Positions 28,110 to 38,735 of a stretch of DNA of 64,000 bases are shown one piece after another. Below the pieces are notes generated by a model, which was given only the letters and a program-made list of their open reading frames with translations, did no database searches and was not told the DNA's origin. The stretch's first letter is position 1. The number at the start of each line of letters is the position of its first letter. The stretch comes from Deltaproteobacteria bacterium (GTDB taxonomy: Bacteria > Desulfobacterota > Binatia > UTPRO1), in contig JADYZW010000035.1 of the NCBI GenBank assembly GCA_020852955.1, forward strand, positions 26,024-90,023. The letters run 5' to 3'. The translations under genes and the position numbers were made by a program.

Positions 28110-30350
28110 ATGCCGACCACGACGAGCCTCCTCACCTGCCCGCTCTGCGAAGCGACCTGCGGCCTCAGCGTCACGACGAACGGCCGGACGGTCGAGGACA
28201 TCCGCGGCGATCGCGCCGACGTCTTCAGCGCCGGCTATCTCTGTCCGAAGGCCTACGCGATGAAGGAGCTCGAAGCCGATCCGGACCGCCTGCGGACGCC
28301 GCTCGTCCGCCGCGCCGGCCGCCTCGTCCCCGCGACCTGGGACGAGGCCTGGGAGGAGGTCGAGCGCGGCCTCGGCGCGGTGCTGCGCGACCACGGACGC
28401 GACGCCGTCGCGGTCTACCTCGGCAACCCGAACGCCCACCACCTCTCCGGGCTCTACGCGCCCGCGCTCATCAAGGCGATCGGCACGCGCAACGTCTACT
28501 CCGCGAGCACCCTCGACCAGATGCCGAAGCAGGTGTCCGCTGGCCTCATGTTCGGCGGCGCGCTTTCGATCCCGGTTCCCGACCTGGACCGCACCGACCA
28601 CCTCCTGGTCCTCGGCGCCAACCCCCTCGCCTCGAACGGCAGCTTGATGACCGCGCCCGACGTGAAGGGGCGCCTGCGGGCCCTGCGCGCGCGCGGCGGC
28701 ACGCTGGTCGTGGTCGATCCCCGCCGGAGCCTGACCGCGCTCGACGCGGACGCGCACCATTGCATCCGTCCGGGGACCGACGCCCACCTGCTCTTCGCGC
28801 TCGTTCATGTGCTCGTCGCCGAGGGCCGCGTCGCGCTCGGCCGCCTCGCCGAGCACGCGGCCGGACTCGCCGAGGTCGAGCGCCTCGCCCGTCCGTTCAC
28901 GCCCGAGGCGGTCGCGAACGTCACCGGCCTCGACGCCGCCGCCATCCGCGGCCTCGCGCGCGATCTCGCGCGGGCGCGCCGGGCCGCCGTCTACGGCCGC
29001 ATCGGCACCTGCACCCAGGAGTTCGGTACGCTCGCGAGCTGGCTCGTCGACGTCCTGAACGTCCTCACGGGCAACCTCGACCGCGAGGGCGGCGCCATGT
29101 TCCCGAAGGCGGCCGCCGGCGCCAAGAACACGACCGGCGCCCCGGGCGTCGGCCGCGGCGTCCGCTTCGGGCGCTTCGCGAGCCGCGTGCGCGGGCTGCC
29201 GGAGGTGTACGGCGAGCTCCCGACGTCGGTGCTCGCCGAGGAGATCGACACCCCCGGCGACGGCCGGATTCGCGGGCTCGTCACGGTCGCCGGCAATCCC
29301 GTCCTGAGCGCGCCGAACGCGGGCCGCCTGCGCGCCGCGCTCGCCACGCTCGACTTCATGGTGAGCGTCGACATCTACCTGAACGAGACCACCCGCCACG
29401 CCCACGTCGTCCTCCCGGCCCCGTCCGCGTTCGAGCGCTCGCACTACGACGTCGCGCTCTACCAGCTGGCCGTGCGGAACGTCGCCCACTACTCGGCGCC
29501 CGTGTTCCCGGTCTCCGACGGCATGCGCGACGAATGGCAGATCCTGCTCACGCTCGGCGCCATCGCGAGCGGCCTGGGCCGCGGCGCCGACGTCGCCGCG
29601 CTCGACGATTTCCTCGTGCACCAGGTGGTCGCACGCGAGGTGGAGACCCCGGGCTCGCCCGTCGAAGGCCGCGACCCCGCCGAGCTGATCGCGGCGCTCG
29701 GCGCGCGCCGGGGGCCGGATCGCGTGCTCGACTTCCTGCTGCGCAGCGGCCCGTACGGCGACGCCTTCGGCCGTCGCGAAGGCGGCGTGAGCCTCGATCT
29801 GCTGGAGCGCCATCCGCATGGCGTCGATCTCGGCCCCCTCCGGCCGCGCATCCCGGAGGTCCTCCGTACTCCGAGCGGCAAGATCGAGCTCGCGCCGCCC
29901 CCGCTGGTCGCCGACGTCGCGCGCCTCGCGGCCACGCTCGACCGCGCGCCCGCGCCGCTCGTGCTCGTCGGCCGGCGCACGCTCCGCTCCAACAACTCGT
30001 GGATGCACAACCTCGACGTCCTCGTGAAGGGCCGCCCGGCGTGCACCCTGCACGTGCATCCCGACGACGCCCGCCGCCTCGGCCTCGCCGACGGCGGCGC
30101 GGCGCGCGTGCGCTCGCGCGTCGGCGCGCTCGAGCTCCCGGTCGAGGTGACCGACGGCATCATGCGGGGCGTGGTGAGCATTCCGCACGGCTGGGGCCAC
30201 GACGACCCCGCGAGCGCCCTCCGCGTGGCCGCGGCGCACGCCGGCGCCAACGCGAATCTGCTGGCGGACGACGCGGCGATCGATCCGCTCTCGGGTAACG
30301 CCGTCCTGAGCGGCATTCCGGTCGCGGTGGAACCGGTGCCGCCCGCATAG
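28110..30350 (+). CDS. molybdopterin oxidoreductase (DMSO reductase superfamily) with 4Fe-4S
   Basis: CPLCEATC...LCPK, DRLRTPL, GANP, VDPR, C-terminal HP.DA..LG..DG; no Tat signal. Confidence 0.92.
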   Translation: MPTTTSLLTCPLCEATCGLSVTTNGRTVEDIRGDRADVFSAGYLCPKAYAMKELEADPDRLRTPLVRRAGRLVPATWDEAWEEVERGLGAVLRDHGRDAVAVYLGNPNAHHLSGLYAPALIKAIGTRNVYSASTLDQMPKQVSAGLMFGGALSIPVPDLDRTDHLLVLGANPLASNGSLMTAPDVKGRLRALRARGGTLVVVDPRRSLTALDADAHHCIRPGTDAHLLFALVHVLVAEGRVALGRLAEHAAGLAEVERLARPFTPEAVANVTGLDAAAIRGLARDLARARRAAVYGRIGTCTQEFGTLASWLVDVLNVLTGNLDREGGAMFPKAAAGAKNTTGAPGVGRGVRFGRFASRVRGLPEVYGELPTSVLAEEIDTPGDGRIRGLVTVAGNPVLSAPNAGRLRAALATLDFMVSVDIYLNETTRHAHVVLPAPSAFERSHYDVALYQLAVRNVAHYSAPVFPVSDGMRDEWQILLTLGAIASGLGRGADVAALDDFLVHQVVAREVETPGSPVEGRDPAELIAALGARRGPDRVLDFLLRSGPYGDAFGRREGGVSLDLLERHPHGVDLGPLRPRIPEVLRTPSGKIELAPPPLVADVARLAATLDRAPAPLVLVGRRTLRSNNSWMHNLDVLVKGRPACTLHVHPDDARRLGLADGGAARVRSRVGALELPVEVTDGIMRGVVSIPHGWGHDDPASALRVAAAHAGANANLLADDAAIDPLSGNAVLSGIPVAVEPVPPA

Positions 30351-30379
30351 GCGGGCGCCCGGCTTCGCCGCGCGCCCGC
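30351..30379. terminator. hairpin between convergent genes
   Basis: gcgggcgc-c-cggc-ttc-gccg-c-gcgcccgc. Confidence 0.5.
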
Positions 30380-30382
30380 GAC

Positions 30383-33300
30383 CTACTTGCAGGCCAGCTT
30401 CGAGGCCCCGGCCGTACACGACGGCACCGACGGCGGGACGAGGAAGCGCACCTCGCCGCACTGATCGGTCCCCGGCATGGCCCCCGGCGGATTGCCGGTA
30501 TCGTTGAGCTCGATGGCCACCGTGATCGGCGACTCGCCCGGCGCGAGCGGATAGCTGCCCCGATCGCCGGTGATCGCGAACGTGACGAGGCCCGGCACCT
30601 TCGCCGACTTGTCCGTCACCACCACCTTCTTGATACCGTTCTGGGACGGCGGCGTCGAAGCCTTGTCCTGGTAGGTGAACTTGCTCGGCGGCGAGCCGGA
30701 TACCTTCCAGCCGACGGGATCCGCCGCGCTATAGATCCCGGCGGGCACGTGTTGGTCAACGACCACGGCTCCGGTCGGCCCGAGCACGCGCAGGTGGATG
30801 CCGCGCGCCTGCGGCGCGATCGGCGAGCCCCCGTTCGGGACGGTGATGGCGCCCGAGATCTTCAGCTTCTGGACCCCCGGCGCCTCGCCGAGCTTGGCGA
30901 ACACCACCTTCGGCTTGATCCAGTCGCCGGCCGTGCCGGGACGCGAGCACGGGTCGCCGGTGCCGATCGCGGGCGGGCGCGCGACCGCGCCGATGCAGTA
31001 GCCGTCGTCGTCGCTGTCGTTGTCGACGTCGGCGGGGCACCGATCCTGCGCCGTGCAAACCCCGTCGCCGTCGGGATCGACGAGCCGGCAGAGCGTCGTG
31101 CAGCACTCGTCGGCCCCGTTGGCGGCGCCGTTGTCGCACTCCTCCCCGCTGTTCTGGACGCCGTTGCCGCAGGCCTCGAGCCGGCAGAGCTGGTCGCAGC
31201 CGTCGCCCGGAACGGTGCCGCCGTCGTCGCACTGCTCGCCCGGATCACGGAAGCCGTCGCCGCAGGTCGCCGGAGCCTCGCGCGTCGAGGGCACGCACAG
31301 CAGCGTCGCCTTCTGCGCCTGCAGGGTCTCGTCCGCGAACTCGTTCGACGCCTGCAACAGGCGCTTCACGAAGGGCCCCTGCCCCGACGCCTGCCGGATC
31401 TTGTAGCAGTGGATCTGCGCGGCGGGGCTGATCGCCGGCACCCCGTCGACGTCGGTCGTGTTGCAGACGCTCTCGGGCTCCAGCACCGTCGCGAGCTTCT
31501 CCTCGAAGACGTCCTGCAGGTGCGCGCTCACCGCGGCGAACTTCGGCGCGCCGGAGGGCGTCTTCGCCGTGTAGCACTTGAAGCGGTCGAGGTTGGGCGC
31601 CGCGGGCGCGCCGGCGTTCCCGGCCGGCACGCAGAGGCGCTTCGCCTTCTTCAGGGTGAGATCCTGACCGCTGCCGAACTCGTTGTCGATCGTCTCGGTG
31701 CTCGACGCGAAGCGCGCCTGCCCGGGAGCGTCCTTGATCTGGTAGCACTGGAGGTGGGCGTTCGGGTCCTGGATGCCCTGCCCGTCCTTGTCGACCGCGT
31801 TACAGAACTCGCTCGTCTTGATGACCCGCGTGCTCTTGGTCTCGACGCCGTCGGCGAGCGTGACGCTGCGTTCGACGAAGGCGGTCGAGCCGGAGGCCTT
31901 CGCGGCCTTGTAGCACTTGTAGTGATCCACGACCGCCGCGGCGGGCGTAGACGTCGCGGTCGGCGTGACGGTCGCGGTCGCGGTGACCGTCGCGGTGCGG
32001 GTCGGCGTGGGCGTGCGGGTGGCGGTCGCGGTGGCGAGCGGCGTCGCCGTCGCCGCCGTGCTCGTCGGCAGGACGGGTGTCGCCGTCCGCGTGCCGAGCG
32101 GAGTCGCCGTGCGGCTCGGGGTCGGCGTCCGCGTCGCGGTCAGCGTCGGCGTCGCCGTGACCGTCGGACACAGGAACTGCGAGCAGGTGGCGTTGCAGCA
32201 CGCGCCGTCGGCGGCCGCGCCCTTGTCGCACATCTCCCCGACCTGGCGGACGCCGTCGCCGCAGACGGGGCAGTTCGGAAACGGACCGCTCGCGACGGGG
32301 TTGTCGATGCGCGCGGGATTGAAGACGACCCCGCCGCCGATCACCGGGTTCACGCCGGGGAGATGGCTGGTCGTGATCGTGCCGCCCGGCGGGGCGACGT
32401 ACTGCGAGCCGCCCCCGAGCTGCATGGCCCGGCGCGAGACGAGCTCCACGTCGGACCCGCCCGGCAGGTTCGTGATCGGGTTCACGCCGCCGGTGCCGTC
32501 GATCTTCACGTTCGACGCGACGCTCACGCCGCAGCCGATGAGCGAGATGCTCTGCCCGCTGCCATGGCCGGTCCCGCTGGTAGCGACGATGTTCTTCTGC
32601 AGCGACAGGATGCCGCTCCCGCCCTCGTCGCTCGCGAGGCCGGCCTCGAGGTCGACGAAGCCGCCTTCGCCGTCGGCGCTCGTGCCGCGCGTCGTGACCA
32701 CGCCGTTCACCGTCGCCGCGCGGCCCGCCGCCATGAGCACGTCGCCGCCGCTGTCCGTGCCGCTGTTGTCGAGCGCCCCCGTGAAGATCAGGTCGCGACC
32801 GGCGCTGAGGTCGAAGCTGCCGCCATCGCCCCCGATGGCGCCGCTGTTCATCGAGATCACGCCGCCGATCTCGAGGTCGCCGTCGAGCGCGCCGAGCACG
32901 TTCGGGTTGAGGTCGCCGCTGTCCATGGTGACCGCGCCGCCGGAGCCGTCGAAGTTGGTCGCCGCGTCGACCCGGACGACCATGCCGGCGCCGAAGAAGC
33001 GGATCCGACCGGCGGCGAGAACGTCGAGCTCCCCGCCGTCGCCGCCGAACGTGTCGGTCGCGCTGCCGCGCATCAGCAGCGACGCGCCGTTCACGTCGAT
33101 GCCACCGCCGAGGACGCTGCCGCCGAGGAAGTCCTCGCCGGCGTCGAGGGAGATGTAGCCGCCGAAGCCGCCGCCGACCGTACTGTCGGCGTAGATGCCC
33201 CCATTCACGATCGAGATGGCGTCGCCCACGGTGGCGCTGAACTCGCCGCCGTCGCCGCCGCCGCCGTTCACGTTGATCGGCCGGGTGATGGTCAGATTCC

Positions 33301-33982
33301 CGCCCGCCGTGAAGTCGCAGACGCCGCCGGTCCCGGCGTTCTGGCCGGAGAGGTTGATGTCGCCGCCGATCGTGATGCTCCCGTCCTGGGCGACGACGTC
33401 GAGCTCGCCGCCGTCGGTGAAGCGGTCCCCGAGATCCGCGAAGCTGCTCATGCCGGGCCCGTCGATCACCGCACCGGGCTGCAGCACGACGTCCTCGGCC
33501 GCCACCAGGCGGATGGTGCCGGCCGAGTCGCCGGCCACGTCGATGTTGCCGTCGATGTCGATGGTGCCGGTGCTGGCAAGCGACACGACGCCGCCGCCGA
33601 TGATGAATCCGTTCGGCTTCACGAAATCGCCCCGCGCCTTCAGCTTGCCGGTCGACGTGATCGTGATGTCGCCCGCGTTGATCACCCGGATGAAGCCGAG
33701 CCCCGTCATCTGGAAGGTCTTCTCGATGCTGAGGGCGCGCCCGCCGAGATCGAACTCGCACCCGCCAGCCGTGACCTCGATCGCCGTGGTCATGCGGACC
33801 AGCGTCGCGGAGCACACCCCCGTTCCGCAGAGCACGTTCGTCGTGTTGGCGAGGGCGTCGACCCCGCAGGTCCGGGCGACCGCGGACGCGCGGGTCGGCG
33901 CGGCGAGGATCGCGGCCGCGACGGCGGCGAGCAGCAACAGCGCGGGACGCCCGGACGACCGGGGCTCGTGGTTGGGATTCAC
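30383..33982 (-). CDS. large secreted Cys-rich modular protein (Gly-rich beta-helix-like region, DUF4215-type repeats, PT linker, tandem CY-repeat domains)
   Basis: GAAGGAG SD before GTG; signal peptide; repeated G.GG.I.L.AG; three CG(D/N)G..E.CD.G motifs. Confidence 0.85.
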   Translation of the reverse strand: MNPNHEPRSSGRPALLLLAAVAAAILAAPTRASAVARTCGVDALANTTNVLCGTGVCSATLVRMTTAIEVTAGGCEFDLGGRALSIEKTFQMTGLGFIRVINAGDITITSTGKLKARGDFVKPNGFIIGGGVVSLASTGTIDIDGNIDVAGDSAGTIRLVAAEDVVLQPGAVIDGPGMSSFADLGDRFTDGGELDVVAQDGSITIGGDINLSGQNAGTGGVCDFTAGGNLTITRPINVNGGGGDGGEFSATVGDAISIVNGGIYADSTVGGGFGGYISLDAGEDFLGGSVLGGGIDVNGASLLMRGSATDTFGGDGGELDVLAAGRIRFFGAGMVVRVDAATNFDGSGGAVTMDSGDLNPNVLGALDGDLEIGGVISMNSGAIGGDGGSFDLSAGRDLIFTGALDNSGTDSGGDVLMAAGRAATVNGVVTTRGTSADGEGGFVDLEAGLASDEGGSGILSLQKNIVATSGTGHGSGQSISLIGCGVSVASNVKIDGTGGVNPITNLPGGSDVELVSRRAMQLGGGSQYVAPPGGTITTSHLPGVNPVIGGGVVFNPARIDNPVASGPFPNCPVCGDGVRQVGEMCDKGAAADGACCNATCSQFLCPTVTATPTLTATRTPTPSRTATPLGTRTATPVLPTSTAATATPLATATATRTPTPTRTATVTATATVTPTATSTPAAAVVDHYKCYKAAKASGSTAFVERSVTLADGVETKSTRVIKTSEFCNAVDKDGQGIQDPNAHLQCYQIKDAPGQARFASSTETIDNEFGSGQDLTLKKAKRLCVPAGNAGAPAAPNLDRFKCYTAKTPSGAPKFAAVSAHLQDVFEEKLATVLEPESVCNTTDVDGVPAISPAAQIHCYKIRQASGQGPFVKRLLQASNEFADETLQAQKATLLCVPSTREAPATCGDGFRDPGEQCDDGGTVPGDGCDQLCRLEACGNGVQNSGEECDNGAANGADECCTTLCRLVDPDGDGVCTAQDRCPADVDNDSDDDGYCIGAVARPPAIGTGDPCSRPGTAGDWIKPKVVFAKLGEAPGVQKLKISGAITVPNGGSPIAPQARGIHLRVLGPTGAVVVDQHVPAGIYSAADPVGWKVSGSPPSKFTYQDKASTPPSQNGIKKVVVTDKSAKVPGLVTFAITGDRGSYPLAPGESPITVAIELNDTGNPPGAMPGTDQCGEVRFLVPPSVPSCTAGASKLACK

Positions 33983-34039
33983 GACATGCGCTCCTTCCAG
34001 ATAACGCGAAGACTCCGATGCAGAGAGGCCGGAACGCGG

Positions 34040-34069
34040 ATTATGCGGGCAGGGCAAATCCCCGGTCAA
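34040..34069 (-). promoter_or_regulatory. sigma70-type promoter
   Basis: TTGACC-N18-CATAAT upstream of 33982. Confidence 0.55.
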
Positions 34070-34145
34070 ATGGAAATCTTCGGCGGCCGCGGCGGCTTGA
34101 GCGGCCGGGGCGCGGCGCGTATGAGCGGTAGCGCGAGGCGGCACC

Positions 34146-35150
34146 GTGGAGAGCGCACCGAAGCCAGACTTTCGCATCGTGTTCCGGGCTGCCAGCCTTC
34201 TGAACTCGTCCCTCGACCTCGACGTCGTCCTGCGCGAGCTCCTGGACGGCCTCGACCGCCTCCTGCGCCCGACCCATTGGTCGCTGCTGCTCCGCGACGA
34301 CGCGACGGGCGAGCTCGTGTTCACGCTCGTCCGTGGCGACGCCCACCCGCAGCTCCTCGCACGCCGCCTCGCACCGGAGGAGGGCATCGCGGGCTGGGTC
34401 GCGAGCCACGACGAAGCGCTCCTGATCCCCGACGTCGCCGCCGACCCGCGCTTCTCCGCCCGCATGGACACGCTCTCGGGCTTCCGCACCCGCTCCGTCG
34501 TGGCAGTGCCGCTCAGGGCGCGGGCCCGCTGCATCGGCGTCCTCGAGATCGTGAACGCCATGCACGAGCGGGTCTTCGACGCCACCGACCTCGAGATCCT
34601 GCAGAGCTACGCCGACTTCGCCGCCATCGCCATCCACAATGCCCGCACCCACGAGGCGATCGTGGAGCTCGCCAAGAACGATCCGCTGACGGGCCTGCGA
34701 AACTCCCAGTACTTCATTCGCGCCATCGAGGAAGCCATCGCGCGCGGCGGGCGCTTCGCGATCGTGTTCTTCGACATGGACCGCTTCAAGCGGCTCGTCG
34801 ACACGCACGGCCACGTGCGGGGCAGCGCCGCCCTCGCGGAGGTCGGCCGCTGGCTCGGCGCCGAGCTCGCGCCCGGCGAGGTCGGCTGCCGCTTCGGCGG
34901 TGACGAGTTCGCGCTCCTCTTCGCCGGTGCCGACCGCGCCGCGGCCGACACCCGCTGCCGGGATCTCGCGACCCGACTCCTCGCCCGCACGTTCCTCGAC
35001 GACGAAGGCATCCACGCGACGCTTGGCGCCTCCTTCGGCGCGGCGGCGTTCCCGGCCGACGGCGGCACGCCAGCTGCGCTCCTCCATCTCGCCGACGAGC
35101 GCATGTACGCGTCGAAGCGCGCGCGGCAGCTGGCGCGGCGCGCCGACTGA
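34146..35150 (+). CDS. GAF-GGDEF diguanylate cyclase
   Basis: GAF ([21 protein letters not shown]), DPLTGL.N, DMDRFK, GH..G, RFGGDEF. Confidence 0.92.
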   Translation: MESAPKPDFRIVFRAASLLNSSLDLDVVLRELLDGLDRLLRPTHWSLLLRDDATGELVFTLVRGDAHPQLLARRLAPEEGIAGWVASHDEALLIPDVAADPRFSARMDTLSGFRTRSVVAVPLRARARCIGVLEIVNAMHERVFDATDLEILQSYADFAAIAIHNARTHEAIVELAKNDPLTGLRNSQYFIRAIEEAIARGGRFAIVFFDMDRFKRLVDTHGHVRGSAALAEVGRWLGAELAPGEVGCRFGGDEFALLFAGADRAAADTRCRDLATRLLARTFLDDEGIHATLGASFGAAAFPADGGTPAALLHLADERMYASKRARQLARRAD

Positions 35151-35213
35151 CCCGCCCGCGCGGCGCGCGCGCTCGTGCTGGCCCGCGCCCGACCCGTCGC
35201 GTAGGGTTCCCCC

Positions 35214-36572
35214 ATGCACCCGGATCGCAGGCCGCGCGCGTCCGCGGGGTCGTCCACGACGACGCCGGTCGTCCTCTCCGGCGGGCGGCGCCCGGCCGCG
35301 GCCCCGCGCCGCACCTACGTCGGCGCCGTGTCGCTGGGCGTCGCGGTGGCCGGCGCCGCCGCCGCGCGGGCGGCGCTCGCGTACGGCGCCGCCGACACGC
35401 TACCCTGGCTGCCGATCCTGGCCGCCGGCTTCGAGGCGGCGATGGTGGGCGGGATCGCCGACTGGTTCGCGGTGACGGCCCTCTTCCGCCATCCGCTCGG
35501 CCTCCCGATCCCGCACACGGCGCTCGTCGTCGAGCGCCGCGACAAGCTCGTCGACGGCATCGTCGCCACCGTCCAGGACGAGTGGCTGTCGCCGGAGGTG
35601 ATCGGCGCCAAGCTCACGGCGTTCGCGCCGAGCGCGGTCGTGATCGACTGGCTCCGCGATCCCGAGCACGTCGGCCGCCTCGGCGGCCCGGTGCGCGACG
35701 TGCTCCGCGGCGCGGCCCGCCTCCTCACCGAGCCCGAGGTCGCGGCGTTCGCGGAACGAACGATCCGCCGGGAGCTCGGCGCCCTGCCGGTCGACGCGGT
35801 CGGGCGCTTCCTCGCCGCCGCCGACGCGAGCGCCAGCGCGCAGGCCACCTTCACGAGCGCCGCGCTCTCGATCGCGAACCTCGCCGATCGCCCCCGCACG
35901 GCGGAGGACCTGCGCTTCTGGCTCGATCGCTCCGCCGCGACCCTGCGCGCCGGCGGCAAGCGCCTCGTCCCCATGCTGCTGCAACGGCGTCTCGTGCAGC
36001 GCAAGCTCGTCGAGGCGATCTGCAGCTACGCCGCCGCCGAGCTACGCGCCGCGGCGGCCGACCACGACCATCCCCTGCGCGAGGCGGTCTTCGGCGCGAT
36101 CCGCGGCTTCGGCGAGCGCATCGTCGCCCATGACGAGCGGGCGCTCGCGCAGGCGGACGGGATTCGTCGCGCGCTGCTGGAGTCGATGGACGCCGATCCG
36201 CTGGTCCAGAGCGCGCTCGCGCAGCTACGGCGACAGCTGGAGGAGGATCTCGTGAACGACGCGAGCGCCCTCTCCGACCTCGTCGATCGGCGCCTGCGGA
36301 CAACGATCGTCGCCTGGCTCGACGACCCCGAGCGGCGCGCCTGGTTCGACGACTGGGTGCGGACGATGAGCCGGGAGCTCCTGTGCCGGCACCATCATCA
36401 AATCGGCCGCACGGTACGCGACTATCTCGACAACCTGAACGACGCGGAGCTCGTCGAGCGCATCGAGGCGCGCGTCGGCGCCGACCTCCAGTACATCCGC
36501 CTGAACGGCGCCGTCATCGGCGGCCTGGTCGGCGTCCTGCTCGCCGTGCTGCACGCCGTGTTCGGCCGGTAG
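35214..36572 (+). CDS. DUF445 family membrane protein
   Basis: EAAMVGGIADWFAVTALFRHPLGLPIPHT; C-terminal DLQYIRLNGAVIGGLVG. Confidence 0.92.
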   Translation: MHPDRRPRASAGSSTTTPVVLSGGRRPAAAPRRTYVGAVSLGVAVAGAAAARAALAYGAADTLPWLPILAAGFEAAMVGGIADWFAVTALFRHPLGLPIPHTALVVERRDKLVDGIVATVQDEWLSPEVIGAKLTAFAPSAVVIDWLRDPEHVGRLGGPVRDVLRGAARLLTEPEVAAFAERTIRRELGALPVDAVGRFLAAADASASAQATFTSAALSIANLADRPRTAEDLRFWLDRSAATLRAGGKRLVPMLLQRRLVQRKLVEAICSYAAAELRAAAADHDHPLREAVFGAIRGFGERIVAHDERALAQADGIRRALLESMDADPLVQSALAQLRRQLEEDLVNDASALSDLVDRRLRTTIVAWLDDPERRAWFDDWVRTMSRELLCRHHHQIGRTVRDYLDNLNDAELVERIEARVGADLQYIRLNGAVIGGLVGVLLAVLHAVFGR

Positions 36573-36603
36573 CGCGGGCGGCGCCCGCACCGGCGGGCGA
36601 GCG

Positions 36604-37185
36604 CTACTGGTTCAGCTCGTCGAGCGTCATCGAGAAGCTCGGCGCAAACGTGTCCAGGAAGTAGCGCACCTCGGGCGCGGCGAGCGCACGGACGTCGCGC
36701 TCGACCACCTGCGCGGCCTTCCGGAAGTCGTCGTTCCCGGCCCGCAGCTCCTCCAGACATTTCAAATAGGCGGTGAGCTTGTCGGCCGCCTTCACGATCG
36801 CCCACTCCTCGGCGTCGGCCTCCTCCGGGAACAGCAGCGCGGTGAAGCTCGGCGCGAGCTCGGTCGGCAGCATGCCCGTCAGGCGCTCGTTGGCGATGTC
36901 CTCGATCACCCGGTGCGCCGCCCGGATCTCCGGATTGAAATGCTTGATGGGCGCGACGACGTCGCCGGTGATGACCTCGGCGGCGTCGTGATAGAGGGCG
37001 AGCGTCGCCGCCCGCTCGGGCCGGACGTTGCCGCCGAAGCGCGCGTTGCGGATCACCGCGAGCGCGTGCGCCAGCATCGCGACCTGGAGGCTGTGCTCCT
37101 GCAGGTTCTCGACGTGGGTGTTCCGCATGAGACCCCACCGCTTCACGAAGCGCATGCGGGCGAGATACGCGAAGAAGTGGCTCAT
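36604..37185 (-). CDS. yfbR: 5'-deoxynucleotidase (HD superfamily)
   Basis: MSHFFAYLARM..RW.LMRN..EN..EHS, YHD, KAADKL.AYLKCLEE..AGN. Confidence 0.92.
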   Translation of the reverse strand: MSHFFAYLARMRFVKRWGLMRNTHVENLQEHSLQVAMLAHALAVIRNARFGGNVRPERAATLALYHDAAEVITGDVVAPIKHFNPEIRAAHRVIEDIANERLTGMLPTELAPSFTALLFPEEADAEEWAIVKAADKLTAYLKCLEELRAGNDDFRKAAQVVERDVRALAAPEVRYFLDTFAPSFSMTLDELNQ

Positions 37186-37361
37186 GCGGCGGTCCTCCTC
37201 GATCGGCCGAGCCTAACCACAGCGCCCCGCCGCGCGCCAGGCGTGGGACAACCGTTGCCGGTGCGGCGGCGCCCCCGCCGCTGGGCCCGGGCTCCCCGAC
37301 GTCCCGGCGCCGGCCGGGCGCGCCGCGCCGCGCGTCGCCACTCACGCCGCGCCGTGCGCCG

Positions 37362-38318
37362 CTACTCGCGCCGCGCGTGGGCGCGGAAGAACTCGAGGAT
37401 GCGCGCCGTCGCGTCGCTCGGCCAGGTGTGCCCCTGCGCGCCCGTACAGACGACCACGTCGGCCGCGCAGCCCGCCGCCGCGCGACACCCGGCGGCGGCC
37501 GGGCCCTCCGCGCCCTCGTCGCAGCCGTTCGCACGCCGCCACCAGGCGGCGGCGCCGGTCGTGAGCCGCGGCGGCACGACCCGGTCGGCCGCGCCGTGGA
37601 AGAAGAGCATCGGCACCGGCCCGGCGGGCGCGCACTCGTCGAGCGGCCGCGCCCCGGCGACCGGCGCCGCCGCGGCGATCCGCCCGCCGAGCGTGCAGGC
37701 CAGGAGGTTCGCGAAGAAGCCGCCGTTCGAGAAGCCGGTCGCGTAGACGCGCCGCCGATCCACGCAGCGCTCGGCGGCGAGCGCGTCGAGCAGCTCCGCC
37801 ACGAAGGCGGTGTCGCGCCTGTCGCCCGGCGCGACGTCCCAGCCGCGCCCGACGCCGCCGAGGAGGCGCACGTCGTCGCGGCCGTCGGCGTGCACCGCGA
37901 TGTAGTCGCCGTGCGCCGCCCCCGCGACGAAGCCCGCGCCGGCGCGGAGGCCGGCGGCCGAATGGCGGAAGCCGTGGAAGACGAGCACCACGGGACGCGG
38001 CTCATCGCCCGGCCCCTCCGCCGCGTCGACGAGATAGCGCCGCCTCTCGCCGCCGACCGTGACCTCGCGCGCAGCGCCGACGAGAGCGGGTGCGGTCCCG
38101 ACGCGACACCCCGCGGCGGCGCCCGGCGCGGCGGGCGTCGGCGACCCGGGACCGCCAGCCTCGGGCGCCGTCGACGGCCGACACGCCGCGACCACCGCCG
38201 CCGCCAGCGCCAGCGCGAGCGCCCGGCGGCCGGCCAGGCGGCGCGCCGTCCGGGCGCGGGCGCACCGGAAGGATCGCGCCCGGCCGCCGCTCAGCCGCGC
38301 TCGAGGACGCCCCGCCAC
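37362..38318 (-). CDS. PHB-depolymerase/LpqC-family esterase, lipoprotein
   Basis: lipobox VAAC; VLVFHG, D.RRVYATGFSNGG, HG.AD.VVP, GHTWP; start uncertain. Confidence 0.8.
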   Translation of the reverse strand: MAGRPRARLSGGRARSFRCARARTARRLAGRRALALALAAAVVAACRPSTAPEAGGPGSPTPAAPGAAAGCRVGTAPALVGAAREVTVGGERRRYLVDAAEGPGDEPRPVVLVFHGFRHSAAGLRAGAGFVAGAAHGDYIAVHADGRDDVRLLGGVGRGWDVAPGDRRDTAFVAELLDALAAERCVDRRRVYATGFSNGGFFANLLACTLGGRIAAAAPVAGARPLDECAPAGPVPMLFFHGAADRVVPPRLTTGAAAWWRRANGCDEGAEGPAAAGCRAAAGCAADVVVCTGAQGHTWPSDATARILEFFRAHARRE

Positions 38319-38662
38319 GCCGCGATCCCCTCGACGACGTTGTGGACGTCGCCACGGCCCCGCCACACGAGGTAGGCGGTCGCATCGAGGGAGCGGACGC
38401 CGTGCTCGCAGTGGACGACGAGCGGACCGGGGAGCGCGAGCACCTCGTCGATCCGCTCGACGAGCGCGTGGAGCGGCACGAGCCGCGCGCCCGGCAGACG
38501 GTGCGAGCGGAACTCGCCCTCGGTCCGCACGTCGACGATCGAGCACGCCCGGCCCGCGGCGAGCCAGGACGCGAGCTCGGCGCAGTGGAGCGGCCGCACC
38601 TCGGCGGCGCACGCCGCGAGCTCGCCCGCCGTCGGGCGGGCGTCCGGATCGCGCGCCGTCAC
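38291..38662 (-). CDS. rhodanese-like sulfurtransferase
   Basis: IVDVR..EF...LPGA, VHCEHGVRS, GIAAW. Confidence 0.88.
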   Translation of the reverse strand: MTARDPDARPTAGELAACAAEVRPLHCAELASWLAAGRACSIVDVRTEGEFRSHRLPGARLVPLHALVERIDEVLALPGPLVVHCEHGVRSLDATAYLVWRGRGDVHNVVEGIAAWRGVLERG

Positions 38663-38735
38663 GCGCCGATCCCATCCCACGAGGTCGCGTCCCGCCTCGA
38701 TCGCGCCCTCGCGCGCGGATCATCCACTCGCGCGA

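Noticed and set aside
33979..33987. ATG-TCG-TGA minigene overlapping the GTG start of the large secreted protein
   Set aside because: The SD is 8 nt from the GTG but only 3 nt from the ATG, so it is probably incidental.
34049..34135. CAGGGCAAA...GGTAGCG resembling a c-di-GMP-I riboswitch before the DGC
   Set aside because: There is no GNRA-capped P2 or GACGCAAAG junction. The AT-rich part is better explained as the minus-strand sigma70 promoter.
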